Source: Nitrospiraceae bacterium
Lineage (GTDB): Bacteria > Nitrospirota > Nitrospiria > Nitrospirales > Nitrospiraceae
Length of the DNA: 64,000 bases
Assembly (NCBI GenBank): GCA_050246315.1
Contig: JBFWWG010000012.1
Location: forward strand, 54,543-118,542
Reading direction: 5' to 3'
The translations under genes and the position numbers were made by a program. Shown here piece by piece: positions 1 to 9,462 of this stretch. Numbering within the stretch: the stretch's first letter is position 1; every line of letters starts with the position of its first letter. The notes beneath the pieces were generated by a model. It was not told the origin of the DNA and ran no database searches. It saw nothing but the letters and a program-made list of their open reading frames with translations.

Positions 1-247
1 CTCGTCTCAGTTCTTGCATCAGTTGGGCAAAAAGATCGATCTTCTCATCAAAATCCACGGTCAGCTCTGGCCGCCAACCACCCTCGTCTCGTTTCCAGGT
101 CATGCGACAGCGATAGCATCGCCACGCCAGCGTTGCCGTTCTCAATGTTCCTATCGCGGCGAGAAAGGCGAGCGGATTGCTGCCATCCAGTCCTTTCAAT
201 AACCAACGGTTCTTCATACGCCACCTTGAGGGACGGTTTAATTTCAT
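1..247 (-). CDS. Type I-G large subunit Cas8g2 (Csb3-like), N-terminal part; runs off the left edge
   Basis: Absent from the ORF track. Manual translation from the ATG at 247 (ATGA overlap with the cas3 stop; alternative ATG at 217) gives MKLNRPSRWRMKNRWLLKGLDGSNPLAFLAAIGTLRTATLAW..., open to base 1. The L.GL.G.NPL.FLAA.G.LR start and the position after cas3 fit Cas8g2. Confidence 0.75.
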   Translation of the reverse strand, partial: MKLNRPSRWRMKNRWLLKGLDGSNPLAFLAAIGTLRTATLAWRCYRCRMTWKRDEGGWRPELTVDFDEKIDLFAQLMQELRR

Positions 248-3200
248 TGTTCAGCTTCACTGCGGCGATGGTCTGCCAGCCGCATGATCGCTTCAAGCCA
301 TGCGAGTCCCCACCAGCCGTATCGTCGCGTGAGCGCCCAAAATCGCTCAGCCACTCCAGAATCCAGAAATTCAAGACCCGTCGCGCTGGAATGGATCAAC
401 TGGCGACCTTGAAACTTCACGGCCACATCCATTGGGATGTCATCAATCACGACGGGCGCAAAAGGCCTGCAATAACCATGATGACTGCCAACCAAATGCA
501 GCACCAACATCGGAAGATACTCATCATCTCGTGGCAACAGGTCAGCGGCTTGTTCGAGAAAACGCACAGAAAGCAATTCGTGTCGGCCGCCGTTAGGGTA
601 GCCGGCACGCCGCCTGGCCTTTTCGCTGGCATGTCTTCCTTGAGGCATATCCGAGGACTTTGCGAGCAAATCACTCCCTACCCAAGGATTGCCGCCCCTG
701 AGCCACGCCTGAAAACGCGGGTCGGCCTTGCCGAGATCGTGCGCCCGAGCCGCCAACTCCACTGCGTTTACCAACGGCTTTGATAAACCGCACCCTTCCG
801 CAAAATGACGAGCAAACTCCGCTACTCCGTCGAGATGCGCCGCAAGCCCTACGCGACAAGTACCAGAAGCAGTGGCATCGTCCTCATCCGAAAAAGCATC
901 GGTCTCGCCTGGGCGTGCGGAGAGCCTCTTGCTACCCCGTACCACCAACCCACCCATTGGGTGCAACATAAGACCATGTGCAAGCTTCTTATCACTAGCG
1001 AGGCTTAATGCGATCTCCCTGAGCCATTCTGGAGCAACCGCATCGCCTCCCATATTCGAAAATGCTGCTCTAAGATCATCAGCCAATAACTCCGGATCTG
1101 CCTCAAGACGATTCGCTGCCTCCGCAGCAAGGCGACGTAGTCGTTCCGTGGATGATGTTTCAGGGAAGATGGACATGACCTCCGGGTGTAACCGAAGCAT
1201 TGCCTTTGCTCGCGCAATGCGATGCGCGCGATCGCCCCAATCCAACACGGGTTGTCCGTTCGGTCCCGCGGGTAGACCACCAAGAACATCCCAGCCACCC
1301 GCCTCTGCGGGAATGACCACGACATCACCGGGGCAAATTTCTTGTGGATCGGAGATGACCCGTGAGTCCTTCCGTCCGCGCCAACGAACGACACAAGAAG
1401 TGCTTAACGCCGTGTCAGACTCCGCGACGAAATCTCTGCTCGCTCCTTCCACATCGGTATCGTTGCTACCGGCAGCTCTGTCTCCCATGAGCCAGTTGCG
1501 TAAAGTGACGATCGTAACAGGCAGGCACTCCATCGCGGCGGGAGGGCAAAGAGCGAGTGTTTCGAGCCAGTCTTCCTCGCCACCAACACGAAGATCGGCC
1601 CGCCAGCACACCTGCACATCAGCCGAGGCTCGTTCCGGGCCGTGCAAGAAGACAGCGACGTCCGGTGTAGGTGTTGGCTCCGGGGCCGTCTGCGCCCAGC
1701 AGTCAACATGGGAAGGAAGTATCACCGGGGCATGCGCAGCGGGAGCGACAAGTTTCGCCAATTTCGCTCCGCTCGGCAGCCTCCCGGCTAATGCCATGAT
1801 GCCCATGCTAAGCACCTTAGCTTTCCCCCCTTGCTCGTTCAGCCATTTCCATGTCTCGGTAAGTGCCGGTCCATACACCGGATCATCTTCACTCTTCTCG
1901 GTTTGATCGGCCCGGATAAGAATCGCAGCCTTGGCGCCACGAGGATGACCGGCCTCGTCCCTTCCATCGATTGTTCGCCCCATTCGGTTGAGTCGCCCAA
2001 AGCGCTGTCGCAGCGCATCAAGACTGGCACACTCGGTCACCAATACGTCGAAATCCAAATTGGCGCCAACTTCCAACGTCTGGGTGGTAACGACGAACAG
2101 AGGACCAGCAAGCTGTCGCTCTTTTGAATGTTCAGCGGAGAGAGCTTCCAGCCGTGCTGCTACCGTATCGTCCTTGTCAATCGCTCGCATCCGTCCAGTG
2201 AGCAACACCGCTGCCTGACCGTAATTCTTCGTGAGCAACCTGTGGATATGGCGTGCGGTGGCTACGCGGTTAGCGAATATCACCGCGGCAACCGCCCGTC
2301 CTGCAACCAGGTCCTCGGCTTTTATTGCTAACGCAGCAGCAAGCATTTCCTCAGCGTTCGCGCGGAGTTCGACAAGCTGCTTGCGCAGGCGTCTTTGTGC
2401 ATTGCTGCCCTTGGCCTCTTTCAGTTGTTTGAGCGTATCTTTGACTCCCCAAGCAAGTTTCTTATCTTTTTCAGTTGGCTGTATAAGCTCAGTGGGCTTC
2501 TCCGCAAGTTGTCTGTCACCGAGCCGATGACCAGCGGTCTTCGGCTCCTCGGAGTTGTCCCTGAACACATCCGACAGCCCATCCGGCGGCGTGGCGCTCA
2601 TGATGACGATATGAAATGGCGCCTTCGGTACGGCATCGCCCCAAAGGCGATACTTTTTTACTGCCTGCAAGGTCTCCAGAAAGGGTTGAGCACAATGGGC
2701 TTCGTCGAGCAACACCAACGCATCGTTACCGGCCATGCCTGCTTGTATGGGCCACGCACGGTGGGAGCGACCGTAGGCCCGGAACAGCAGGCGCGAGCCC
2801 AGTTGATCCACTGTGCTGGCAATCACTGCCGGTTGGATAGGTGAATGTGCCCATGCATCGGAACGATACATGCCGCCGCGTAACTGAAAACAAGCTAAGG
2901 GTTCTTCGCCACCCGAAAGTCGGCGCAGTTGGTTGGCTACGCTGTACAGAATGCCCTTGGTTGCTCCCCGCAACCTGTCGGCGATCTTGCGGGCGCGCTC
3001 ATAGGCTTCATCAACGATCACACGGCGATCCACGACAAAAAAGATGCGCCGCGGAGCGGTCAACGATTGATCCGGTGCCAACATGTCCGCCTGTGCCGCC
3101 AAAGCGAAGACGGCGATGTCGATGCAGACCGTCTTGCCAGAGGCGGTTGGCAGTGCGATTGCGTCAGGCCAAGGCCTCGATGTATTCGACAATACCCTTT

Positions 3201-3294
3201 CAGCCAGGTCTCTCTGCCACTGAAACGGAACATGTCCATGTCCCCAAAGCGCTGTGAAGAAGTCGCTGAAGTCTGCGGCATTCAATTCAGGCAT
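244..3294 (-). CDS. cas3: Type I-G Cas3 helicase-nuclease, HD domain at the C-terminus
   Basis: SF2 motifs LPTASGKT, LLDEAH, MSAT, TQTLEVGANLD, QRFGRLNRMG. C-terminal HD motifs AHDLGKAD, RHELLS, SHHG, LADHRRS. Start set at MPELN (3294), overlapping the csb2 stop. Confidence 0.95.
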   Translation of the reverse strand: MPELNAADFSDFFTALWGHGHVPFQWQRDLAERVLSNTSRPWPDAIALPTASGKTVCIDIAVFALAAQADMLAPDQSLTAPRRIFFVVDRRVIVDEAYERARKIADRLRGATKGILYSVANQLRRLSGGEEPLACFQLRGGMYRSDAWAHSPIQPAVIASTVDQLGSRLLFRAYGRSHRAWPIQAGMAGNDALVLLDEAHCAQPFLETLQAVKKYRLWGDAVPKAPFHIVIMSATPPDGLSDVFRDNSEEPKTAGHRLGDRQLAEKPTELIQPTEKDKKLAWGVKDTLKQLKEAKGSNAQRRLRKQLVELRANAEEMLAAALAIKAEDLVAGRAVAAVIFANRVATARHIHRLLTKNYGQAAVLLTGRMRAIDKDDTVAARLEALSAEHSKERQLAGPLFVVTTQTLEVGANLDFDVLVTECASLDALRQRFGRLNRMGRTIDGRDEAGHPRGAKAAILIRADQTEKSEDDPVYGPALTETWKWLNEQGGKAKVLSMGIMALAGRLPSGAKLAKLVAPAAHAPVILPSHVDCWAQTAPEPTPTPDVAVFLHGPERASADVQVCWRADLRVGGEEDWLETLALCPPAAMECLPVTIVTLRNWLMGDRAAGSNDTDVEGASRDFVAESDTALSTSCVVRWRGRKDSRVISDPQEICPGDVVVIPAEAGGWDVLGGLPAGPNGQPVLDWGDRAHRIARAKAMLRLHPEVMSIFPETSSTERLRRLAAEAANRLEADPELLADDLRAAFSNMGGDAVAPEWLREIALSLASDKKLAHGLMLHPMGGLVVRGSKRLSARPGETDAFSDEDDATASGTCRVGLAAHLDGVAEFARHFAEGCGLSKPLVNAVELAARAHDLGKADPRFQAWLRGGNPWVGSDLLAKSSDMPQGRHASEKARRRAGYPNGGRHELLSVRFLEQAADLLPRDDEYLPMLVLHLVGSHHGYCRPFAPVVIDDIPMDVAVKFQGRQLIHSSATGLEFLDSGVAERFWALTRRYGWWGLAWLEAIMRLADHRRSEAEQ

Positions 3295-4885
3295 GATCTC
3301 TGTCTCCCTGCGAAAGGGGCCGGCAGAGACCATAGCCACGATACCGCCCGGCGCCCACCAACACAGGACCCTCAACGTCTTCTCCGAAATCGATCACAGC
3401 ATGAGCATGGGACATACGCCCACCATCCTTCTTGCGGATCAAATAAGGGAACTCGTTACTTCTCGGAACACCCTCAAACATTGATACCGGATGCAATAAG
3501 ACTTCCTGTGGACGAGGCAGACCAATACGTTTGCATGCGTCCTTGACGCTCTCCGCCGTATGCTCCCATTTATCTTTGCCATTGAAATGACGATCCAACA
3601 CCACTGGCGTGACACTGGCCCATACGCGCGCCGGGCCTGTCCATGTCTCTTGCCTCAGGCTCCACGGTGGTGATTCTCGGGTATCCAGCTCCACACCACA
3701 CTCGAACCATTGTCCATCGAAAAGACGGTGGCGCTTGGGGAGTTCGTATTCATCACGTAACCAATGTCCCAGAACACGTGCTGGTTCGTCCTGTGAAACC
3801 GCTCGCGGCAATGTCAGAGCTACACCCAGCAGCCGACCATCGGCGTGTTCCCTTCCGACAAATGGTAGAGGCACCAAAGCCAAGTGGGGTTTCTCGCTGC
3901 GTCCACCACCAGATGCATGACCGCACAGCCATTCCGGCAGAGGCTGTGAAGCGCCGGCCATCAATGCTCCACGCAACGCTTCGGTAAGCCTGAGAGTAGC
4001 CGGAAGCGACAATCGCGGACCAGAAAGACTCAACACCACCAGGCGAGGATCGAAGATGCTGCCGCGAATCGTTTTCCCAGGCTCTATAAATGGTTTGTTG
4101 TACCCCGTGTAATGCCACGAATTCGGTCGCAACCGATCGATGATGCCATGGAGATAGTTCTCCCGCCTTTTCTTGAGGTCGTTTCTCCGCTTACCATGGG
4201 CCGCTTGCTCCAGCGCCCATAAATCGTCAACTACCGCGATGTGTGCCTCACGCCCACACGTTCTGATTAAATAGTCGAGCCGCCCCGGCCCAAAGATGCG
4301 CAAGCGATGGCGGGTCACACCCTCGCGCTCGACAAGAGTGGGTGCTGGTGGGGAGTCGGTCAACCACATCTGCACCAGTGAAGCGGGATGACCGATGGAG
4401 ACCACCTTCCCGCAAAGGCGGGCAAGCGGTTCGCGGTAAATTTCTGGAATGTCGTCGTTCCATATCAGATGAACGACTGGGTCATGAGGGATGGCGACTG
4501 GGAAAGAACGCTCCTGCCTGGGACGGAACTCTACAGCCACTGTCAGACCGGCCTCCTTCAAATCCTTGAGGGAAGGTTGCGGATCAGCAAGCACTGAAGC
4601 GAGTTTCTTCGATCCGGCCAGTTCCGAGTCGTTCGCTGGCACGTAACTAGTAACCACCTCTCGAAACTCAGCCTCCGAAGCTGCAATCCCCGGTGGGTTA
4701 AGTCGTTCCAACCAGCGAAGGATTTCTCCTTCGGCGGCGTCCTGGTCTGTTTCAAACCACGCCGCCGTAAGCGCCATAAATACCCGATCCGGATGGGGTG
4801 GCCATTCGGCGCGCTCTTTCTTTGGTCCATCTGCCGCCGCCATCACCCACCCATTCAAAAAGTGGATGCCGAGACCAAACATCAT
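3287..4885 (-). CDS. csb2: Type I-G Csb2 (Cas5/Cas6 fusion)
   Basis: N-terminal EWPPHPDRVFMAL, WASVTPVVLDR, and a C-terminal Cas6 G-loop GPVLVGAGRYRGYGLCRP. Confidence 0.93.
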   Translation of the reverse strand: MMFGLGIHFLNGWVMAAADGPKKERAEWPPHPDRVFMALTAAWFETDQDAAEGEILRWLERLNPPGIAASEAEFREVVTSYVPANDSELAGSKKLASVLADPQPSLKDLKEAGLTVAVEFRPRQERSFPVAIPHDPVVHLIWNDDIPEIYREPLARLCGKVVSIGHPASLVQMWLTDSPPAPTLVEREGVTRHRLRIFGPGRLDYLIRTCGREAHIAVVDDLWALEQAAHGKRRNDLKKRRENYLHGIIDRLRPNSWHYTGYNKPFIEPGKTIRGSIFDPRLVVLSLSGPRLSLPATLRLTEALRGALMAGASQPLPEWLCGHASGGGRSEKPHLALVPLPFVGREHADGRLLGVALTLPRAVSQDEPARVLGHWLRDEYELPKRHRLFDGQWFECGVELDTRESPPWSLRQETWTGPARVWASVTPVVLDRHFNGKDKWEHTAESVKDACKRIGLPRPQEVLLHPVSMFEGVPRSNEFPYLIRKKDGGRMSHAHAVIDFGEDVEGPVLVGAGRYRGYGLCRPLSQGDRDHA

Positions 4886-6195
4886 TCGTCTCCTTCTTCA
4901 CCCTCTGCAGCAATTTCGTGACTCCGGCGTACCAACTGGAGCAGGTCGTCGGAGGGAGCAAGTTGGATGACATTCCTTTCCCACGGCAATCCCAACTGTA
5001 CTGCCTCGTCCACAGCCTCATTGAAGAGCACTACTGCATTATCGGCTGTAAGATCGAACGGTGTCTCCCGGCCGGGTCCGCTCAGAAGATTCCACTCAAA
5101 TGGTCCATCAGGAACAAGTTGGCAACGGGATCGTAGATCCGAACCTTCCTCGCGCGCCAGCGTGGCTGCACAGATGCCAAGAGCGGCCAGCACCGTGCGT
5201 GCCGCCTTGTCTACCATGGTCTGTTCTTCAGCATTCTTGCCTTGGAGAGGAAATCGCAGTCGTCGCAGTGCTGTCAGTGATAGCACAGTGGTCTGGCTAG
5301 CTTTGTCGATTGTGAAACCACCTCTGATGCGTGGTTCTCCATTTTTCTCCCGAATAATGTTGTTTCTGTTGTCTTTAGCATAGGCAAAATCTGGCGTTAC
5401 ACCGCCAAGATTGGCTTCAGATGGCTTGCCCTCCTTGCCAATCTTCAGTCTCTTCCCATCCCTTTCACGAGCATCGGACTCGTTCAGAGTCCAATGGGGA
5501 AGAGAGTCAGATTTTTTCTGGCGCTGAAGGAGCGGCCCCGCACTTCTCAGAATATTCAGGTGATCGACCTTGCCACCGGTCGTGATCCCCGGCTGAGCAT
5601 TGATGCCTACAATCTCCGATACGAGTGCCCGTTGGAACTTCGCGCCTAGACCACCGCGCGGTCCTGCAGAGTCCCATAGCCCAAACAGTAACGCTGTTGG
5701 GCAGAGACCAAAGAGCCCGGTTGCATTTCGAAGATCAGCCACATCCAAAACTCTGCCTTTACTCGACCTGCGAAACAGCACCGCCTGGCCAGCTTCCTCA
5801 TGGAGGCTGTCGCGAAACAGGGCGTCTGCAACACGGTGAGGAGCGTCAAGACTCGTTACCTTGATAGTCTTCGGCACTCCCCTCACTTCGAACTCGAACT
5901 TCACCTGCACTATCGGAAGTGAATGGGGTCCGAAACGTTTCGCTTCCCATGCATCCAGCAGCGCCGACTCCATTCGGTTGGCCTGGGATTGCACCGAATC
6001 CAACAGTACGCAGTCCACAACCTTGCTGTCCTTCATCACTCGTTTCTCGGTCGCATACTTTCCACCTTCGTAAGTCGGCGGGAATACCTTGTCCCCAGGC
6101 CCACCGGCGGGCTGATACTCGGTTACGCATCGCAACGCTGCGGCTGAACCACCCACTGCTTGTTTCACTTTCTCCAATGTCAGCGTCTCACTCAT
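4882..6195 (-). CDS. csb1: Type I-G Cas7 backbone protein (Csb1)
   Basis: Motifs QPAGGPGDKVFPPTY, LLDSVQSQANRME, PHRVADA, PTALLFGLWDS, LRSRCQL. Strong SD (AGGAGGAG) upstream. Confidence 0.95.
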   Translation of the reverse strand: MSETLTLEKVKQAVGGSAAALRCVTEYQPAGGPGDKVFPPTYEGGKYATEKRVMKDSKVVDCVLLDSVQSQANRMESALLDAWEAKRFGPHSLPIVQVKFEFEVRGVPKTIKVTSLDAPHRVADALFRDSLHEEAGQAVLFRRSSKGRVLDVADLRNATGLFGLCPTALLFGLWDSAGPRGGLGAKFQRALVSEIVGINAQPGITTGGKVDHLNILRSAGPLLQRQKKSDSLPHWTLNESDARERDGKRLKIGKEGKPSEANLGGVTPDFAYAKDNRNNIIREKNGEPRIRGGFTIDKASQTTVLSLTALRRLRFPLQGKNAEEQTMVDKAARTVLAALGICAATLAREEGSDLRSRCQLVPDGPFEWNLLSGPGRETPFDLTADNAVVLFNEAVDEAVQLGLPWERNVIQLAPSDDLLQLVRRSHEIAAEGEEGDE

Positions 6196-6248
6196 GGACA
6201 GCTCCTCCTTTGTTTACACTCTTCTTCTCAATCCAGAATTTTCCTGAA

Positions 6249-6410
6249 CTACACCCATCCCAGCACCGCCATCGCGGTTTTGCCAAGACCTGTCGGCACA
6301 TCCACCAACGATGGTAAGATTCGCTCGCAGGCGAAGCGGACCTGGAATGGATACGGGACATATCCCGTCGCCTGCTTGAACCATTCAGAGAATTGTCGCT
6401 CCTGACTCAT
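6249..6410 (-). pseudogene. 53-codon N-terminal remnant of a second, different Cas3
   Basis: MSQERQFSEWFKQATGYVPYPFQVRFACERILPSLVDVPTGLGKTAMAVLGWV*: Q-motif (PYPFQ) plus Walker A (PTGLGKT). SD-like GGGGGA upstream; TAG at 6249-6251. Confidence 0.85.
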
Positions 6411-6898
6411 CTGGCTTTCCCCCTGTCACTCTTTACTCTCTCCTGTTCCGACTCCCACTCCCCATCCAGCGGCGTATACGGTATCCGTTGTAAAGGACCT
6501 CTCACGAACTGAGCACGATCGGGACATTCCGTAGACTGAATTCCACATGGAGGATATTTCAATGGGTGTCTCTCAAATTCTGCAAAGGACCAAATTCTGA
6601 TTCCTCGACCACTCCGACGCATACTCGGGTTCAAAGCCGGGGGCAAGGTGCCGTTGATCGAGGAGGCGAGTTAACGTCCCGAGCAGGCATACGCCATTTT
6701 CCTGAATGATTCAATACGCAGAGGATGGACAAACGGTCCTATTGGACCCGCCTCCAATCAGCACCGGTGGCTCGTTCGGCGAGTGGCCTGGTCTTCGCCT
6801 GCTCCTCCTGAGATGCCGACCTGCCGGCCGGCGGCGTTGACGGAAGGCCTGGATGAGACCGGCTTTGTCTTTCCCTGCCGGTGCTGTACAATCCGCGC

Positions 6899-7108
6899 AT
6901 GGCTTTCGATCCGGACAATCCGCCCATCTGGCTGCGCAAGCTCCACGTGACCGCGGTGCAGATCAACCCGACGGACTATCCGACATCGCCCATCGATGGC
7001 CTCCTGGCCGTCTGTCGTCTTTCCGATGCCCAGTACCATTGGATAAGGGCGATGCGCCGCGCCACCACCGAAGCCGATGGCGCCGCATCGCCCTCTTCTC
7101 ACAGCTAG
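6899..7108 (+). CDS. Small hypothetical protein, possible partner of the downstream nucleotidyltransferase
   Basis: 69-aa ORF ending 8 nt before the NTase ATG; two-gene TA-like layout. Confidence 0.5.
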   Translation: MAFDPDNPPIWLRKLHVTAVQINPTDYPTSPIDGLLAVCRLSDAQYHWIRAMRRATTEADGAASPSSHS

Positions 7109-7116
7109 TTCGAACC

Positions 7117-7699
7117 ATGGCCCAACCCGATGCCGTTCATGACGACTACCGCGTCGTGGTCGAGATGGCGCATCGTGCACTGTCCTCCACGCAATCTCCC
7201 TACTGCGTCATCGGGGCCTTGGGCCTCGGCATGTGGGGGACTCCGCGCGCAACCTGCGACGTCGATCTCCTCATTCTCGCTCAACGCACCGATCCTGAGC
7301 CGTTCCTTGGACTGCTGCTCAGCGCGGGGTTTTCGATCAACGAATCGTGGCACCACGCGAATCCGATGGCTCAGGAGGTCGTCCCGCGGCTCTCGCATCC
7401 CAGGGTCCCGCATTTTCCCGTGGACCTGGTGTTTTCGCGAGGGCCATTGGAGCGTGCCGTGCTCGATCGGCGCCAGCCCGTCGATCTTCATGGCTTGACG
7501 ATTTTGGATGAGTTCACCTGAGGACCTCATCCTGATGAAACTACGCGCCGGTCGGCCACGAGATTTTGACGACGTGATCGGTATCGTCAAAAACCCTCGG
7601 CTCCAGCTCGACCTCGACTACCTCTGGAGCTGGGCGGACCGCTTGGGCTTGCAGGGCGAACTGCATTATGTCCTGCAAGCGGCCGGCGCCAAGGCCTAG
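7117..7699 (+). pseudogene. Frameshifted nucleotidyltransferase (DUF6036/AbiEii-like)
   Basis: VIGALGLGMWGTPRATCDVDLL lies in one frame and SPEDLILMKLRAGRPRDFDDV in another. Removing one T from ATTTTGG (7501-7507) joins them. Confidence 0.8.
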
Positions 7700-7777
7700 C
7701 GCACCGGTTCCGACACGTTCCTCCCCGAACAACGTTTGCAGCGCGATGGCGTCCGCACAAGCCGCGTTCGTCCCTCG

Positions 7778-8146
7778 TCACTTATTCCTCCAACTGTTTC
7801 CATCCAACGGCGCAAACGGCACATTGGGGTTGAATTGATTCGCCGGATTCAGCGGGTTATCCGGACGAAACTGGTTGACGGGATTGAACGGATTGTTGGG
7901 ATTGTATTGATTGATCGGGTTTGCGGGATTCCCCGGATCGTAGCGATTGACGGGATTGAAGGGGTTGCTGGGCGCGTACGCGTTCGCGGGATTGAGCGGA
8001 TTGTCAGGCCGATACTGATTGGCGGGATTGAAGATATTGTAGTCTCGCTCGTACTTCTCGTCGAAGCCTTGGTCGGCTGCCCCTCCCGTGGTCCAAGTCG
8101 GCACCATAAGCACCATGATAGTTGCCGCTAACGCAAGCGCACGCAT
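7778..8146 (-). CDS. Secreted protein with six 12-aa Asn-Pro repeats
   Basis: Signal-peptide-like N-terminus and SD AAAGGAGG. Repeats: NPANQYRPDNPL / NPANAYAPSNPF / NPVNRYDPGNPA / NPINQYNPNNPF / NPVNQFRPDNPL / NPANQFNPNVPF. Confidence 0.85.
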   Translation of the reverse strand: MRALALAATIMVLMVPTWTTGGAADQGFDEKYERDYNIFNPANQYRPDNPLNPANAYAPSNPFNPVNRYDPGNPANPINQYNPNNPFNPVNQFRPDNPLNPANQFNPNVPFAPLDGNSWRNK

Positions 8147-8214
8147 GGACGCCTCCTTTCCCCCTCACCGTCGCCCCTCCCCTTGAGGAGAGGGCGGAAC
8201 CCAGGATCGTGAGG

Positions 8215-8349
8215 AGGATACGAAATACGTGTGACATCCGAGGTCACAGGCCATGGAAAAAGACGGAAGCTCAGGCGACCTTGTGTTTCAGGACGTTGCG
8301 CGGCGACTGGCGCACGGAGGTGTTCACTGTCGTGACATCCGAGGTCACA
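8215..8349 (-). promoter_or_regulatory. Two identical palindromic boxes (GTGAC-N7-GTCAC) plus a -10 element; candidate WYL-regulator sites
   Basis: GTGACATCCGAGGTCACA at 8231-8248 and 8332-8349. On the minus strand the proximal box reads TGTCAC-N10-TATCCT. Confidence 0.65.
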
Positions 8350-8376
8350 AGGCCATCCGACGATACGACGACGCGA

Positions 8377-8712
8377 GAGGAAAAAGCCATCCTCGATCTT
8401 CTGATCGATGCCGATGAGGCTGCGCTGGTCGGCCCGGTCCTCGTCGAATTCCTCCAGGGTTGCCGGACTGCTGCGGAACGAGAAACGCTCGCCGAGGCCC
8501 TTCTTGCCTTGCCCTATTTTGAGGTGACCCAATCCACCTGGCTTCGGATCGGCGACCTTTCCACAACCCTTCTTCGTCGAAGAGCGACGATCCCTCTATC
8601 AGACCTCACGATCGCATGCTTGGCGATCGAATGGGACTGTCGGGTCTATAGTCTCGACGCTCACTTCAAGCGGATTCCCGGGGTACAGCTTTACACACCC
8701 GTATCGGCCTAG
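8377..8712 (+). pseudogene. 5'-truncated PIN-domain (VapC-like) gene
   Basis: EFLQG, IPLSDLTIACLA and YSLDAHFKRIPG are present. The N-terminal D-T/S motif, a credible start and an antitoxin are missing. Confidence 0.75.
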
Positions 8713-9062
8713 CAGGATGTTGAAAAAGTCCGCCAGCTTTGTTGGGGCACCCAATGCTGAATTTTCATGCTGCAGTGGGTCTGACGCGAAGAGGCCAACC
8801 CTGTAGGATTTTCTCAAGCGGCGTCAATGGGGAAAGGCTACGCCTGGTGAGCCGCTGGTACACACGAAGTGTGGTATGTACCTCTTCGCCTCTTCACGTG
8901 CTGCGGCCGTGCCCGTGGAGAGGCGCGCTTCGGCGCGCCGGGGTTGGGCGGGTGAGAAAGCCGGCCTTTTTGACCATCCTGTACGTGGTTCTGAAATCAT
9001 CCGTGATCCCTCGCTGTGCCGGCTCTCACGGGTACTCGAAGGGTTTTTCAACAGCCTGCTAG
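8709..9062. mobile_element. MITE-like element, family 1
   Basis: Inverted ends CAGGATGTTGAAAAA (8713-8727) and TTTTTCAACAGCCTG (9044-9058), 14/15 match, flanked by CTAG on both sides. No transposase. Related left end at ~61913-62006. Confidence 0.8.
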
Positions 9063-9112
9063 AAGTCATTTCAACACCCTGCGTTCACCCGGTTCGATAC
9101 ACTCACCGCAGG

Positions 9113-9187
9113 CTTCGACCGGCTCAGAGCGAACGGATCTGTTCATGAACACAGGATATTCCTCCGCTCGTGCTGAGCTTGTCGAAG
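9113..9187. repeat. REP-like inverted pair
   Basis: CTTCGACCGGCTCAGAGCGAACGGA and TCCGCTCGTGCTGAGCTTGTCGAAG. The same family occurs in the three RTX leaders and at 32389-32430. Confidence 0.7.
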
Positions 9188-9462
9188 CACGGTCATGAGG
9201 TCTTGAAATGATTTCTGGCTCTTCCGGAAATCGGATGGGTTGCTGGTAAAACCCACACCCTCGGCGCGGGTGAGACTGGAAGGGCGGCGCGGCCTCAGAG
9301 GCGCGGCGACCACCAGGACGACATGAGAAGAGGACGGCGACACCATCGCATCAGGGCAAGGCCCGCGCATCGGGGCAAGGCCCGGAGACGCCCGGCCTTC
9401 GGCAGCCGAGGCGATAAGGGCTATCCTCGCTCCCCACATGAAAGCCGGAAGAACCATGATTT

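Noticed and set aside
6407..6646. 79-aa ORF overlapping the cas3 stub start
   Set aside because: TTG start without a clear SD and no recognizable motif.
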